DNA from: Blastocatellia bacterium
GTDB taxonomy: Bacteria > Acidobacteriota > Blastocatellia > HR10 > J050
Direction of reading: 5' to 3'
DNA: 64,000 bases
Assembly: GCA_025054955.1 (NCBI GenBank)
Contig: JANWZE010000108.1
Coordinates: forward strand, 13,830 to 77,829
The notes under the pieces are model-generated. The model was given only the letters and a program-made list of their open reading frames with translations. It ran no database searches and was not told where the DNA came from. A program made the translations under genes and the position numbers. Below are positions 32,901 to 41,603 of this stretch, one piece after another (positions within the stretch are counted from its first letter, which is position 1; the number at the start of each line of letters is the position of its first letter).

Positions 32901-33009
32901 AGCCGCTGGACTGACCGTACGTCACTGCGCACATGCTCCCCAGCAGTATGAACGTGAGCAACGTGCTCAACCAAATTGCCAACGCAGATGAATAGCGACG
33001 ATGCTTCAT
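29983..33009 (-). CDS. TonB-dependent receptor-like outer-membrane protein with N-terminal carboxypeptidase-regulatory-like domain
   Basis: About 1008 aa with signal peptide, CarbopepD_reg-like N-terminus, a long beta-barrel region and C-terminal …QLGFRLQF. GAGGAG lies upstream of ATG 33009; the ORF extends to 33018. Confidence 0.8.
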   Translation of the reverse strand: MKHRRYSSALAIWLSTLLTFILLGSMCAVTYGQSSGSTTASVIGVVKDQQGDVVPSVSVTAKNTATGLTRQTTTDGEGAFSIVLLPPGVYDVTAERSGFAPQTLKGIRLTIGQTVELNFTLMAGRLEEAVDIIGEAPLIELTRTQTSTTIDQQKIDNLPINRRNFLDFTLTTSAVTVDRMPAQGAAATSGLSFNGQSARQNNITIDGLDNNDYGSSSVRATFSQEAVQEFQVINNSYSAEFGRALGGVINIVTRGGTNDLRGTLFTFIRNDALNARNAFARTVPPFEQYQYGGTLGGPIKKDHHFFFGSFERLSLKDTNVVTISDAVVAAGRRIGFSPGTLRNGEIPFSEGLASVLGRSDFKVTDSDMLWVRYTYAGHINGNLEPWGGLFAESSGGRGRLRDHNLGASNTWIIRPSLVNETRFLYGYRRQVVDDLDPARGPNVRIFAGTDQIVFGRAELLPQPRTEHILQVVNNVSWTRGKHALKVGFDYYFAEAPKGTTGIPVLLGGQVRFSDLDFTALGGPLFTALQTFDPSLRTPEQAGFLDLIGANLPLLFCPPETPDCLPSLPNLSRLPIPQAFIQGFGNDEVFLSATIFSAYGQDDIRLWPNFTLKLGLRYEVTTLPKPFPSTGGHGLGPRFAFAWDPTKQGKMLVRGAYGIFYGSTQLGPIIAVKIVDGVTIKTPVLPFPFSLIGFLQPGFRFPETPRPPSTLPDFGPLGRIFQADPNFKVGYSHQTSFGIDYLLTSSVSVSANYQMVRGLHLFLSRNINPVINPTCGPIPALCGRINPTRPEIFQFESSGDSYYHGVTFSLTSRVADRLTLLAHYTFSKAIDNFVDWRVENQETGDPLNLRGERALSLQDARHRFVASSVWELNYWKHWLARGFALSTIVTLNSGRPYNLLAGVDLNGNGDNPPGDRPHGLGRNAGISPGFANFDLRVTRDINFGEQRKIQLFFEAFNLFNRVNVTDFGRVFLPGTPLPRKKNGLYIVTPDRYRSSSNARQIQLGFRLQF

Positions 33010-33293
33010 CACGACCACTCCTCGTCTGAAAATAATCTCATGGTCAGAGTGCGCCTTAATTCAATCAAGTTCCTCTGAGGTTGTCAACTTGTCCTTAGAG
33101 GGGCAGGCCGCTTGGTCAACAGAGTTGTTAGCGTGCTACGAAACGCGGCGCGCCGTGCCGACGAGCAGGCGGCACACATTCAGAATGACACCCTGCAGGT
33201 GAACCAAGACGTTGACTGCCACGGGGACTGCAACATTACTTCTGCACCTGTTTCAACCCCATGAAACATGGCATTTTCGGAATTTTTGCCAGC

Positions 33294-33322
33294 TTGACAC
33301 TCAAAATGATCTTGGCTATCCT
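33294..33322 (+). promoter_or_regulatory. Candidate sigma70 promoter for rplM-rpsI (TTGACA-17-TATCCT)
   Basis: Consensus -35, 17-nt spacer and a reasonable -10, ~45 bp upstream of the rplM ATG. Confidence 0.4.
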
Positions 33323-33363
33323 ACACGCTTTCTCCCTGCAAAAGGGATCGGAGTGTAAGACCT

Positions 33364-33810
33364 ATGAGTACATATTTCCCATCAGGGAAGAATTTGGAAG
33401 CGCAGCGGGTGTGGTATCTGGTGGACGCTCGTGGATGCACGGTTGGTCGGTTGGCCTCTCGGATTGCCCCAATCTTGATGGGGAAGAACAAGCCCTCTTA
33501 TACACCCTTTTTGGATGTCGGCGATCATGTCATCGTGATCAACGCTGCCGAAGTCCGGTTCACCGGCAACAAATGGGATGAGAAGCTCTATCGTCGTCAT
33601 TCAGGTTACCCCGGTGGATTGAAAGAGACTTCAGCCCGCAAGCTGCTGGCCACCCACCCGGAACGAATCATTGAATATGCTGTGCGGCGTATGCTGCCGA
33701 AGACCAAATTGGGTGAGAAGATGTTCAAAAAATTGAAGGTCTACGCCGGCAGCGAGCATCCGCATCAAGCGCAGAAGCCGCAGCCGCTTTCGTGGCGCAC
33801 AAGCGAATAG
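33364..33810 (+). CDS. rplM: 50S ribosomal protein L13
   Basis: Highly similar to L13 (…[17 protein letters not shown]…). Confidence 0.9.
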   Translation: MSTYFPSGKNLEAQRVWYLVDARGCTVGRLASRIAPILMGKNKPSYTPFLDVGDHVIVINAAEVRFTGNKWDEKLYRRHSGYPGGLKETSARKLLATHPERIIEYAVRRMLPKTKLGEKMFKKLKVYAGSEHPHQAQKPQPLSWRTSE

Positions 33811-33818
33811 GGTTATTC

Positions 33819-34214
33819 ATGGCAGATGTGATTCAGTATTACGGAACTGGAAGACGAAAAACCTCGGTGGCCCGCGTCTTTCTCCGCGAAGGAACTGGGC
33901 AAATTACCATCAACCGACACCCGTTGGAAGACTACTTCCCGGTCAAACGTCTGCAAACGGCGGTGCGTCAGCCGCTGATGTTGACGGACACGCTCAATAA
34001 GTTCGACGTTTACATTACGGCCAAAGGTGGCGGCATCACAGGTCAAGCCGAAGCGATTCGACATGGCATCACGCGCGCTCTTATCGAATTCAATTCTGAC
34101 TTACGCCCGAAGCTGAAAGAGGCCGGATTCGTCACACGGGACCCGCGCGTCAAAGAGCGCAAGAAATACGGACAACCGGGCGCTCGCAAACGCTTCCAGT
34201 ACTCGAAACGTTAA
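33819..34214 (+). CDS. rpsI: 30S ribosomal protein S9
   Basis: The S9 signature …[19 protein letters not shown]… and a C-terminal …[12 protein letters not shown] at 33819 sits just after the rplM stop. Confidence 0.9.
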   Translation: MADVIQYYGTGRRKTSVARVFLREGTGQITINRHPLEDYFPVKRLQTAVRQPLMLTDTLNKFDVYITAKGGGITGQAEAIRHGITRALIEFNSDLRPKLKEAGFVTRDPRVKERKKYGQPGARKRFQYSKR

Positions 34215-34404
34215 CGCCATGTGGGTTGAGCGAATGATCTGTTGCCAGGCGCTGCCAAGCCGCGTTCCACCGCCGTTGGCCGGCCCAAGCGATATGTCAA
34301 TCTGTTTTACGCAATCCATTGCTGGTTCCATGGATTGGTTGCCTCTGGCTTTCCAGCTCGAGGCGCGAGCCAGCGATTAACCAAACCAATCAGGAGGATA
34401 CGCT

Positions 34405-35262
34405 TTGGTACAAATTTCCATGAAAGAATTGCTCGAAGCCGGCGTTCACTTCGGCCATCAGACGCACCGCTGGAATCCCAAGATGAAGGAGTTCATCTTT
34501 GGTGAGCGCAACGGGATTCACATTATTGATCTGCAAAAAACGCAACGATACTTCCGCGAAGCGATGAACTTTGTAACGGAGGCGGCCAGTCAAGGAAAGA
34601 CGTTTCTCTTTGTCGGCACCAAGCGCCAAGCGCAGGACGCTGTCGCCGAAGAGGCGCAACGCTGTGGTCAGTTCTATGTGAATCAACGATGGCTCGGTGG
34701 ATTGTTAACCAATTTTCAGACCATCCGCAAATCTATTGACAAACTGCACGAGCTGGAGCAAAAGAGAGCCGATGGCAGCTACGCGCGGCTGCCCAAAAAA
34801 GAAGTCATTCGGCACGAACGCAAACGCGAAGCGCTGGAGAAGAATTTCGCCGGCATCAAGAATATGACTCGGCTGCCTGATGTGCTGGTGGTCATTGACA
34901 CTGATAAAGAAGAAACGGCGGTGCGTGAAGCGCGACGGCTCAACATCCCGATTGTTGCCATCGTGGACACGAACTGCGACCCAGACGGCATCACCTACCT
35001 GATTCCGGGCAATGACGACGCGCTGCGGGCTGTTCGACTGTTCGTCTCGAAAATTGCCGATGCCATCATCGCGGGTCAACAAATCGCCGCCAAGGATGCT
35101 ACTGAAGCGGCGCTGGCGGAAGCGGCGGCGCAACCTGCCGCTAGCGCGGTGCCGGAACCAGCTTCGATCGAAGCAACACCAGCCGATATGGAAAGCATCG
35201 TCGTTGCGCCAACCTCGGAGACGGCGTCTTCAGAAATCGCGTCGGCTGATAAGGGATTTTAG
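34405..35262 (+). CDS. rpsB: 30S ribosomal protein S2 (TTG start)
   Basis: [20 protein letters not shown]…. AGGAGG lies 7 nt upstream of TTG 34405. Has a C-terminal acidic/Ala-rich tail. Confidence 0.9.
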   Translation: MVQISMKELLEAGVHFGHQTHRWNPKMKEFIFGERNGIHIIDLQKTQRYFREAMNFVTEAASQGKTFLFVGTKRQAQDAVAEEAQRCGQFYVNQRWLGGLLTNFQTIRKSIDKLHELEQKRADGSYARLPKKEVIRHERKREALEKNFAGIKNMTRLPDVLVVIDTDKEETAVREARRLNIPIVAIVDTNCDPDGITYLIPGNDDALRAVRLFVSKIADAIIAGQQIAAKDATEAALAEAAAQPAASAVPEPASIEATPADMESIVVAPTSETASSEIASADKGF

Positions 35263-35301
35263 ATGTTGGCTGATAAGGGATTTTAGATTGGAGGTCATTG
35301 C

Positions 35302-35952
35302 ATGCCAGAAATCTCGGCTCAAGATGTGAAAGCGTTGCGCGATAAAACGGGCGTCAGCATCATGGAGTGCAAGGCGGCGCTGATGGAAGCCAACGGCGAC
35401 CAAGAGAAAGCGATCGAAATCTTGCGCAAGCGCGGCCTGGCCCAAGCGCGCAAGCGCGAAGGCCGCGCCACAACGGAAGGTGTGATCGGCTCGTACATTC
35501 ACACCGGCGGCAAGTTTGGTGTGCTGGTAGAAGTCAATTGCGAATCGGATTTTGTCGCTCGCAATCAAGAGTTCCAACAGTTTGTCCACGATGTGGCTAT
35601 GCAAATCTGCGCAGCCGAGCCGCTCTATGTGCGCCGCGAAGACATCCCGGCAGACGTGCTGGAACGGGAGCGCCGGATTGCTCGCGAACAAGCCTTGTCT
35701 GACCCCAAGATGCAGGGTAAGCCGGAAGCAGTGATCGAAAAAATCATCGAAGGCCGACTGGCTAAGTTTTTCGCTGAAACGGTGCTTGAAGAACAACCAT
35801 TCATCAAGGATCAAACAACGACGATTGGCGACTTGGTGAAAGGTATGATTGCCAAGACCGGCGAGAACATCCGCATTCGGCGGTTCACGCGATACAAGCT
35901 GGGCGAAGACCTGAACTCAGGCCCATCGTCCGAATCGGCGGCCGGTTCGTAG
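35302..35952 (+). CDS. tsf: Elongation factor Ts (short form)
   Basis: N-terminal UBA-like [22 protein letters not shown] and an EF-Ts core. 216 aa. Confidence 0.9.
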   Translation: MPEISAQDVKALRDKTGVSIMECKAALMEANGDQEKAIEILRKRGLAQARKREGRATTEGVIGSYIHTGGKFGVLVEVNCESDFVARNQEFQQFVHDVAMQICAAEPLYVRREDIPADVLERERRIAREQALSDPKMQGKPEAVIEKIIEGRLAKFFAETVLEEQPFIKDQTTTIGDLVKGMIAKTGENIRIRRFTRYKLGEDLNSGPSSESAAGS

Positions 35953-36001
35953 GCTCGGCAAGCCCCTCGACAGAGAGGGGCTTTGTTTTTTCAGACATCC
36001 T

Positions 36002-36748
36002 GTGCTCATGACAGACACAACACCGCAACCCATCTACCGTCGCATCTTGCTCAAGCTCAGCGGCGAAGCCCTGCGCGGCGACAAACCATTCGGTATTGAC
36101 CTGGAAACTGCCACGGCCATTGCCAACGAGATCCGCGACGTGCATGCATTAGGTGTGCAAATCGCCATTGTCATTGGCGGAGGCAACATCATTCGGGGCT
36201 CAGAAGCGATTCACTTCGGCATTGATCGCGCCTCAGCCGATTATATGGGCATGTTGGCCACCGTGATTAACGGACTCGCCCTGCAATCCACATTAGAAAA
36301 TCTGGGTGTCCCTACGCGCGTGCTCACAGCGATAGAAATTCGCCAAGTGGCCGAACCATTCATTCGGCGACGCGCTATTCGACATCTGGAAAAAGGGCGA
36401 GTGGTCCTGTTGGCGGCAGGCACAGGCAATCCGTACTTCACCACTGATAGCGCAGCAGCCCTGCGCGCACTTGAACTCAAGGCGGACGCACTGCTGAAAG
36501 CAACGAAAGTGGATGGCATCTATGAAGCCGATCCTGTCGTCGTCAAGGATGCGTTGAAGATTGACCAACTCTCGTATTTCGATGTGATCGAACGCGGCTT
36601 GCAGATCATGGATACATCGGCGATCTCGTTGTGCATGGACCATGCCATGCCGATCATCGTGTTCAATCTGCGAGTGCCGGGCAATATCCGCCGCGTCGTG
36701 ATGGGCGAACCGGTGGGTTCTCGCGTCGTCCCGGCAACAGCTTCTTGA
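36002..36748 (+). CDS. pyrH: UMP kinase
   Basis: …[13 protein letters not shown]… and other UMPK motifs. Confidence 0.9.
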   Translation: MLMTDTTPQPIYRRILLKLSGEALRGDKPFGIDLETATAIANEIRDVHALGVQIAIVIGGGNIIRGSEAIHFGIDRASADYMGMLATVINGLALQSTLENLGVPTRVLTAIEIRQVAEPFIRRRAIRHLEKGRVVLLAAGTGNPYFTTDSAAALRALELKADALLKATKVDGIYEADPVVVKDALKIDQLSYFDVIERGLQIMDTSAISLCMDHAMPIIVFNLRVPGNIRRVVMGEPVGSRVVPATAS

Positions 36749-36764
36749 TAGGAGGAGAGCCCCT

Positions 36765-37325
36765 ATGACTAAAGCTGAAGTGCTCACTGACGCTAAGAAA
36801 CGCATGGATGCAGCCATCGAAGACGTGCGCAAGAAACTGGCCTCGCTCCGCACGGGGCGCGCTTCGCCCGCCATCCTCGATCATATTCAGGTCGAATATT
36901 ACGGCACGCCGACACCTCTGAATCAGGTGGCCCAAATCCACGCGCCAGAATCCTCACTGCTGACCATTCAACCTTACGACCCCACAGTCCTCCCTGCGAT
37001 CGAGCGCGCCATTCTCAGTTCCGACCTTGGGTTGACTCCTTCCAATGATGGTCGCATCATTCGCTTGCCGATCCCGGCGCTGACCGAAGAGCGGCGCAAG
37101 CAACTGGCTAAAGTGGTCGGCGAAATTGCCGAAGAGCACCGGACGGCGATTCGCAACATCCGCCGCGATGCCAACGACCAGCTCAAAAAACTCCTCAAAG
37201 AGAAACTCATCTCCGAAGACGAAGAACGTCGCGCCTTAGACGATATCCAGAAATTGACGGATGCGCACATCCAAAAAATCAACGAGGTGGCCAAAGCCAA
37301 AGAGCAGGAGATCATGCATGGATGA
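36765..37325 (+). CDS. frr: Ribosome recycling factor
   Basis: 186 aa RRF, highly similar over the full length. Confidence 0.9.
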   Translation: MTKAEVLTDAKKRMDAAIEDVRKKLASLRTGRASPAILDHIQVEYYGTPTPLNQVAQIHAPESSLLTIQPYDPTVLPAIERAILSSDLGLTPSNDGRIIRLPIPALTEERRKQLAKVVGEIAEEHRTAIRNIRRDANDQLKKLLKEKLISEDEERRALDDIQKLTDAHIQKINEVAKAKEQEIMHG

Positions 37326-37424
37326 TCCGGCCTGCCAGACGAGCGAGTAAACACTCGCTCTGGTTCTGTCCCCTTGCGTGAATCAGACCACACATGATTG
37401 AAACAACGGCGAGCAGCGTCTCTT

Positions 37425-37690
37425 AGCCCATCCGTCAGGGAATCCCCTCTATGCAACATCACGCCACGAAGCATGAAAATGGAGCACACAGGCAGGAATG
37501 CCTGTGCCACATTCTCGAAGGAATCGTCCCTATGCAACATCACACCACAATGCATGAAAACGGATTACAGGCGGGAACGCCTGTGCCACATTCTCAAGGG
37601 GATCGTCCCTATGCAACATCACGCTACGAAGGATGAAAATGCGATTCTTTCGTGAACGTCGTGTGTTTCGTGGGCTATTTTCGAACGAGC
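37425..37690. repeat. Tandem ~80-bp repeat (about 2.5 units), each with a GNRA-loop hairpin caggcR-GGAA-Ygcctg, then tgccacattctcRaRggRatcgtccctATGcaacatcac…
   Basis: Units begin at 37451, 37532 and 37610. The stem shows a compensatory change (a/t to g/c) between copies. Shares a ~40-bp 3' terminus with the 43540-44095 repeat. Confidence 0.6.
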
Positions 37691-38227
37691 TGACGAGAGA
37701 GCGCGCATGAACCGTGAGTTTGAAAATGCCATGGCCGCGGAGCGGATCACTGACTGTAGCCACGCACTTCAGTGCACGGTGGGCAGCCTCGTCAGTGTAT
37801 CGTCAGGTGAGCGAGGGCTGAGTCTCTCTCCAGCCACCGTTCAATCGTCGCTGACGCGACGTCCGATATGGACCGATGGAACGTTCTCGGCGTTGAAACG
37901 CCGAGCTACATTCAGGTTGCCGCGCTGCGGCGCGTTTTTGCACCGGCTTCGGACACCGAAGAATTGCCCATCAATACACCTTCACCACGAACGTCCCAAG
38001 CAGCAGCCTCCGATTTTCTGATGGCACCTGGCATTCCTCATCCTACGCTCATTTCTGCTGAGCCGCGCAAGTGGCTTGTGACAACGTTGTCAGATGTGTG
38101 AACCGCGCAAGCGGCGCATGTGAAGGTAGCCAGACGTGCAACCTCTGGAACAACCGAGCGAACAATAGTGGCGCGTCTGCGGCGCGCCGAGATGTGCGCA
38201 TTTGTGGCCAGCGATTGGAAACCATGA

Positions 38228-38258
38228 ACAAAGGGCGTCCACACAGGGACGCCCCTGG
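38228..38258. terminator. GC hairpin gggcgtcc-acacag-ggacgccc flanked by T/A-rich runs on both strands (possible bidirectional terminator)
   Basis: Located ~9 bp past the stop of the minus-strand AAA+ gene, with cttaacttttatt on the plus side. Confidence 0.4.
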
Positions 38259-38260
38259 TC

Positions 38261-39418
38261 TTAACTTTTATTCGTGCTAGTGCTGGAGATGGCCGTTTTG
38301 CTCCGCTCGCGGTGAGCGCCTAGGCCTTGGCCTGCTGACTTGAAATGTTCGGGGTACTGGCCTGCATAGTCATCCACCAATGCGCCGCGCACCTGCTTGG
38401 TAAAGATCAAATTGTTATTGTGTGGATCGCGGTCAACGATGACTAAGTCGCCGATTTCGATTTGTCCTGTGGCAATCAGATTGGAAAGCGGGAACACGAG
38501 GAACCGCTCAATCGAGCGTTTCAGGTGGCGAGCTCCGTATTTGTAGTCAGTGCCTTCTTCGAGTAACAACTGTTTGGCCGCGTCGGTGCAGGAGAAGACA
38601 AATTTGGGTGCGCTCGACTTCAAAATCCGCTCCTGAACCTGTCGCAGTTCAATCTCCAGAATGCGCTGCAAGTGCTCCTCGCGGAGCGAACGAAACACGA
38701 CGACCTTATCAATCCGGTTCATGAATTCCGGGGAGAACTTGCGCTTAGCAGCGTCCAACGCTGTGCGATAAATTTTCTGATCGAGCACGGAATCCTCTTG
38801 CCCCTGTTGGGGAGCAAATCCAATGCCGCCGGAGATCAACTCGCTCATCTCCTTTGTGCCGAGATTGGAAGTCATGATGATCATGCAGCGCGAGAAATCA
38901 ACGCGCCGGTTGTCCCCCAAGGTTAACGTCGCCTTATCCAAAATCCCCAACAGTAACTGCCACAACGCATCAGAGGCTTTTTCAATTTCGTCAAACAGGA
39001 CAAACGTGAGCTTCAGTTGATCGGTATGACACCGGTCGAGGTTTTCCTGTGTCAGCAGCGGGGTCGTCTCTCGGTGACCTAAGTAACCAGGCGGCGAGCC
39101 GATGAGTTTGGCAATTTCATGGCTGTGTTGGAATTCGCCACAATCAATTTTGACCACCGCGTTGGCGTCACCAAACAAGACTTCGGCTGCTGCCTCAACG
39201 ACGCGCGTTTTGCCGGAGCCGGTTGGGCCGAGAAATAGCATCGTTCCGATGGGGCGGCCCGGCGGATTCAACCCGGCTAGATAGATTTGATAAAGACCAA
39301 CCATGCGCCGAATAGCGCGGTCTTGACCGACGATCAGTTCTGAGAGTTTCTCGCCAAATCGGAGAGCGTCTGGGTGCTTACGTTCAGGGTCGAGTTGCTG
39401 GGTCGCCATCGTCGTCAT
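38261..39418 (-). CDS. Stand-alone Clp/Hsp100-type AAA+ ATPase consisting only of an NBD2 plus C-terminal small domain (ClpB-D2-like)
   Basis: Sensor/Walker A …LFLGPTGSGKTRV…, …IGSPPGYLGH…, Walker B FVLFDEIEKA and the D2-small motif GARHLKRSIERFL. No N-domain, NBD1 or M-domain. Confidence 0.75.
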   Translation of the reverse strand: MTTMATQQLDPERKHPDALRFGEKLSELIVGQDRAIRRMVGLYQIYLAGLNPPGRPIGTMLFLGPTGSGKTRVVEAAAEVLFGDANAVVKIDCGEFQHSHEIAKLIGSPPGYLGHRETTPLLTQENLDRCHTDQLKLTFVLFDEIEKASDALWQLLLGILDKATLTLGDNRRVDFSRCMIIMTSNLGTKEMSELISGGIGFAPQQGQEDSVLDQKIYRTALDAAKRKFSPEFMNRIDKVVVFRSLREEHLQRILEIELRQVQERILKSSAPKFVFSCTDAAKQLLLEEGTDYKYGARHLKRSIERFLVFPLSNLIATGQIEIGDLVIVDRDPHNNNLIFTKQVRGALVDDYAGQYPEHFKSAGQGLGAHRERSKTAISSTSTNKS

Positions 39419-39579
39419 ACGGCATTTCCTCCGGTGACTGAGTGCTGCTCATCACATGTGCGCTCTGTTTTCACACCCGCTTAGACGTACCAATGTGAGT
39501 TTTCGGTTGGCTACACCCTACGGGCGATGATTTCGCCCGGAAGGCTGATTTTATGGAAACGCTACATTCAGGGCAAGGA

Positions 39580-40824
39580 TTATTTAGGTGGCGCGTCCGC
39601 GTCGGTGACGACCTGAAATCGGCGCAATACAACCGGCTCAATCGGCGCGTGCGCCGCGTCGGTCTTGAGGGCAGCAATCTGATCGAGCACCTCCATGCCT
39701 TCCAGCACGCGACCCCATGCGGTGAACTTTCCGTTCAGATGCGGAGCCGGCGCCAAGCAGATGAAAAATTGAGAATCGGCGCTGGTAGGCTCGCTTTCCC
39801 CTCGCATAAGCATCATACCAACGGTGCCGCGCTCGAAAGGAATCTGATTGAACTCCGGCGCAAGCCAATCACCGGACCGACCTCGCCCCCAATACTGACG
39901 ATCTGCGTGGCGCGTCATCGGATCGCCTCCTTGCAGGATGTAGCCCGGCATAATGATATGAAACGTCGTGCCATCATAGAATCCGCCGCCGGCCAGCGTA
40001 ATAAACCGCCTGACATGATTGGGCGCAGCTTCCGGATACAGCCCGATGGTGAATGAGCCGCGATCTGTCTGTACAATGACGCGGCAGCGTTTCATATCAG
40101 CGACCGAAAGCGTCGGGCGAATAACGACCGACTTAATTTCAACCCGTTGCTTGGCGATCTGGTTGGCGTCAACAGGGGTCTGGGCAATCGCCTCGACGAC
40201 TTCAATGCCGCGGACGACGCGACCAAACGCCGTATATTCGCGTGTCAGGTGCAACTGATCGGTGACGCAGATGAAAAACTGTGATCCGGCGCTGTTGGGA
40301 GCGTTCGGTCTCAACACAGCGCCGACAGTGCCGCGGAAGAAAAGTCGGTCATTGAACTCGGCCTTCAGTTGATCGAGGCCGCCTGTCCCCAGTTTGTGAC
40401 GTGGCGTGCGCGGGTCGCGGCTCAACGGATCGCCGCCTTGAATGAGGGCTTGCGGGAGTATGCGATGAAATGTTGTGCCGTTATACAAGCCCCGGCGGGC
40501 CAACTGCACAAAATGAGCGACGTGCTGAGGCGCATCCCGGGGAAAAAATTCAATGGCAATCTCACCCTGGTCGGTGACGATGACAGCTTGAAGGTTCTCA
40601 TAGTTCTCCGACACAGCCGGTTCCGCCGTGGATGCAGCCGGCGGCGAGGAGGCCGTCGGCGCCGCCTTCTGCTTGGATTTCGCTTTGCCACGTTGGATCG
40701 TCTCCCCAGCTACGCTCTGACTTACCAACGCTCCAATCAATCCACAGCAGATGTACAACCCGACTATCGGAATGATACGGCGATGCTCGGTGTTCATGAT
40801 GACTCTCTCCTCAGCCATCATCAA
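39580..40824 (-). CDS. Membrane-anchored peptidyl-prolyl cis-trans isomerase with two tandem cyclophilin domains
   Basis: N-terminal TM, Ala/Ser/Pro linker, then two cyclophilin domains (…HFVQLARRGLYNGTTFHRI… and …FITLAGGGFYDGTTFHII…). Confidence 0.85.
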   Translation of the reverse strand: MMMAEERVIMNTEHRRIIPIVGLYICCGLIGALVSQSVAGETIQRGKAKSKQKAAPTASSPPAASTAEPAVSENYENLQAVIVTDQGEIAIEFFPRDAPQHVAHFVQLARRGLYNGTTFHRILPQALIQGGDPLSRDPRTPRHKLGTGGLDQLKAEFNDRLFFRGTVGAVLRPNAPNSAGSQFFICVTDQLHLTREYTAFGRVVRGIEVVEAIAQTPVDANQIAKQRVEIKSVVIRPTLSVADMKRCRVIVQTDRGSFTIGLYPEAAPNHVRRFITLAGGGFYDGTTFHIIMPGYILQGGDPMTRHADRQYWGRGRSGDWLAPEFNQIPFERGTVGMMLMRGESEPTSADSQFFICLAPAPHLNGKFTAWGRVLEGMEVLDQIAALKTDAAHAPIEPVVLRRFQVVTDADAPPK

Positions 40825-41528
40825 GGGCTGCGCATATCTTGCGGCAGCGATTGACCGGTTAATCCTGCTCGCTGCCTTAACGTATTGAGCACGCTTTTCA
40901 AATCAAGTCCACGATGGACCATGAGCACGAGGAGGTGATAGAGCACATCGGCCAGATGGCCACTGAGTTTTTGCTGGGCATTGTTCTTGGCAGCGATCAG
41001 CGTCTCGGTGACGTGTTCGTTGAGCTTCTTTAAGATCAGGTCGAGGCCGCCTTGAAACAGGTGCGCTGTATAGGAATTAGCCGGTCGCTCTCGCTCGCGT
41101 TGTTCAATCAGTTGAAACAACTCGCTGAGCATGAGTCCGATTTCCATCGAGCGCATATTGACGATGGACACATCGCTGGCCGGCGTGTCTGGCTTGATCC
41201 AACTGGCAGGAACGGTCACTTCTTCATGCAGCGGCGCGGCCGACGTCGAACTTTCCACTTGAATAATGAGCGCGTCGCCATCCCCATCGGCAATCACATC
41301 AACGACCCGTTGCCGCTGACCGGCGATCTCCGGCTGTTGTCGCACGCCCTGCGTAGCCGGGTTCCAAAAGTGCGCGATGCCGGTTCGCAACGTCAGCGCC
41401 AACGCTTCCTGGTTCATGTAACAGAACATGAGGACCTGACGATGTAAGCGGTCTTGCACAATTGTCGGAATCAATCCGCGCTCGTCGAATTTGAGATTCT
41501 GTAACACCATACCTCGATACGAGGCCAT
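40821..41528 (-). CDS. hisIE: Bifunctional phosphoribosyl-AMP cyclohydrolase / phosphoribosyl-ATP pyrophosphatase
   Basis: HisI motifs (FDERGLIPTIVQD, …CDGDAL-like) and a HisE C-terminal half (SYTAHLF…). 4-bp overlap with the downstream PPIase gene. Confidence 0.8.
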   Translation of the reverse strand: MASYRGMVLQNLKFDERGLIPTIVQDRLHRQVLMFCYMNQEALALTLRTGIAHFWNPATQGVRQQPEIAGQRQRVVDVIADGDGDALIIQVESSTSAAPLHEEVTVPASWIKPDTPASDVSIVNMRSMEIGLMLSELFQLIEQRERERPANSYTAHLFQGGLDLILKKLNEHVTETLIAAKNNAQQKLSGHLADVLYHLLVLMVHRGLDLKSVLNTLRQRAGLTGQSLPQDMRSP

Positions 41529-41603
41529 ATATTATTGATGCCCCTACAGACCGTCAATGGCCGCGCTTGCCGTTGGGCTGGGGCATCTGTTAAGGTGTTG
41601 AAG

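Noticed and set aside
37451-37636. 61-aa ORF with MQHH(A/T)T(K/M)HENG repeats
   Set aside because: It arises from the tandem ~80-bp DNA repeat. Compensatory changes in the embedded hairpin argue for RNA-level rather than protein-level function.
37425-37690. Possible CRISPR array (regularly spaced repeats of ~57-80 bp here and at 43540-43760)
   Set aside because: Units are themselves the repeats and sit head-to-tail with no unique spacers of uniform length between short identical repeats. There are no cas genes anywhere in the window. Copies differ at many positions.
37326-38260. tRNA, tmRNA, RNase P RNA or SRP RNA hidden in the gene-free gaps (also checked 43385-44200 and 15668-16236)
   Set aside because: I looked for T-loop GTTCRANYC, the tmRNA 5'/3' ends, the RNase P P4 motif (AGGAAAGTCCGGGCTCC) and the SRP AGGAAGCAGCC. 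None was found by eye. A covariance-model scan is still warranted.
39524-39545. Hairpin gggcga-tgattt-tcgccc downstream of the cyclophilin gene as an intrinsic terminator
   Set aside because: There is no T-run directly after the stem on the relevant (minus) strand. It is kept only as a possible weak or Rho-assisted site.
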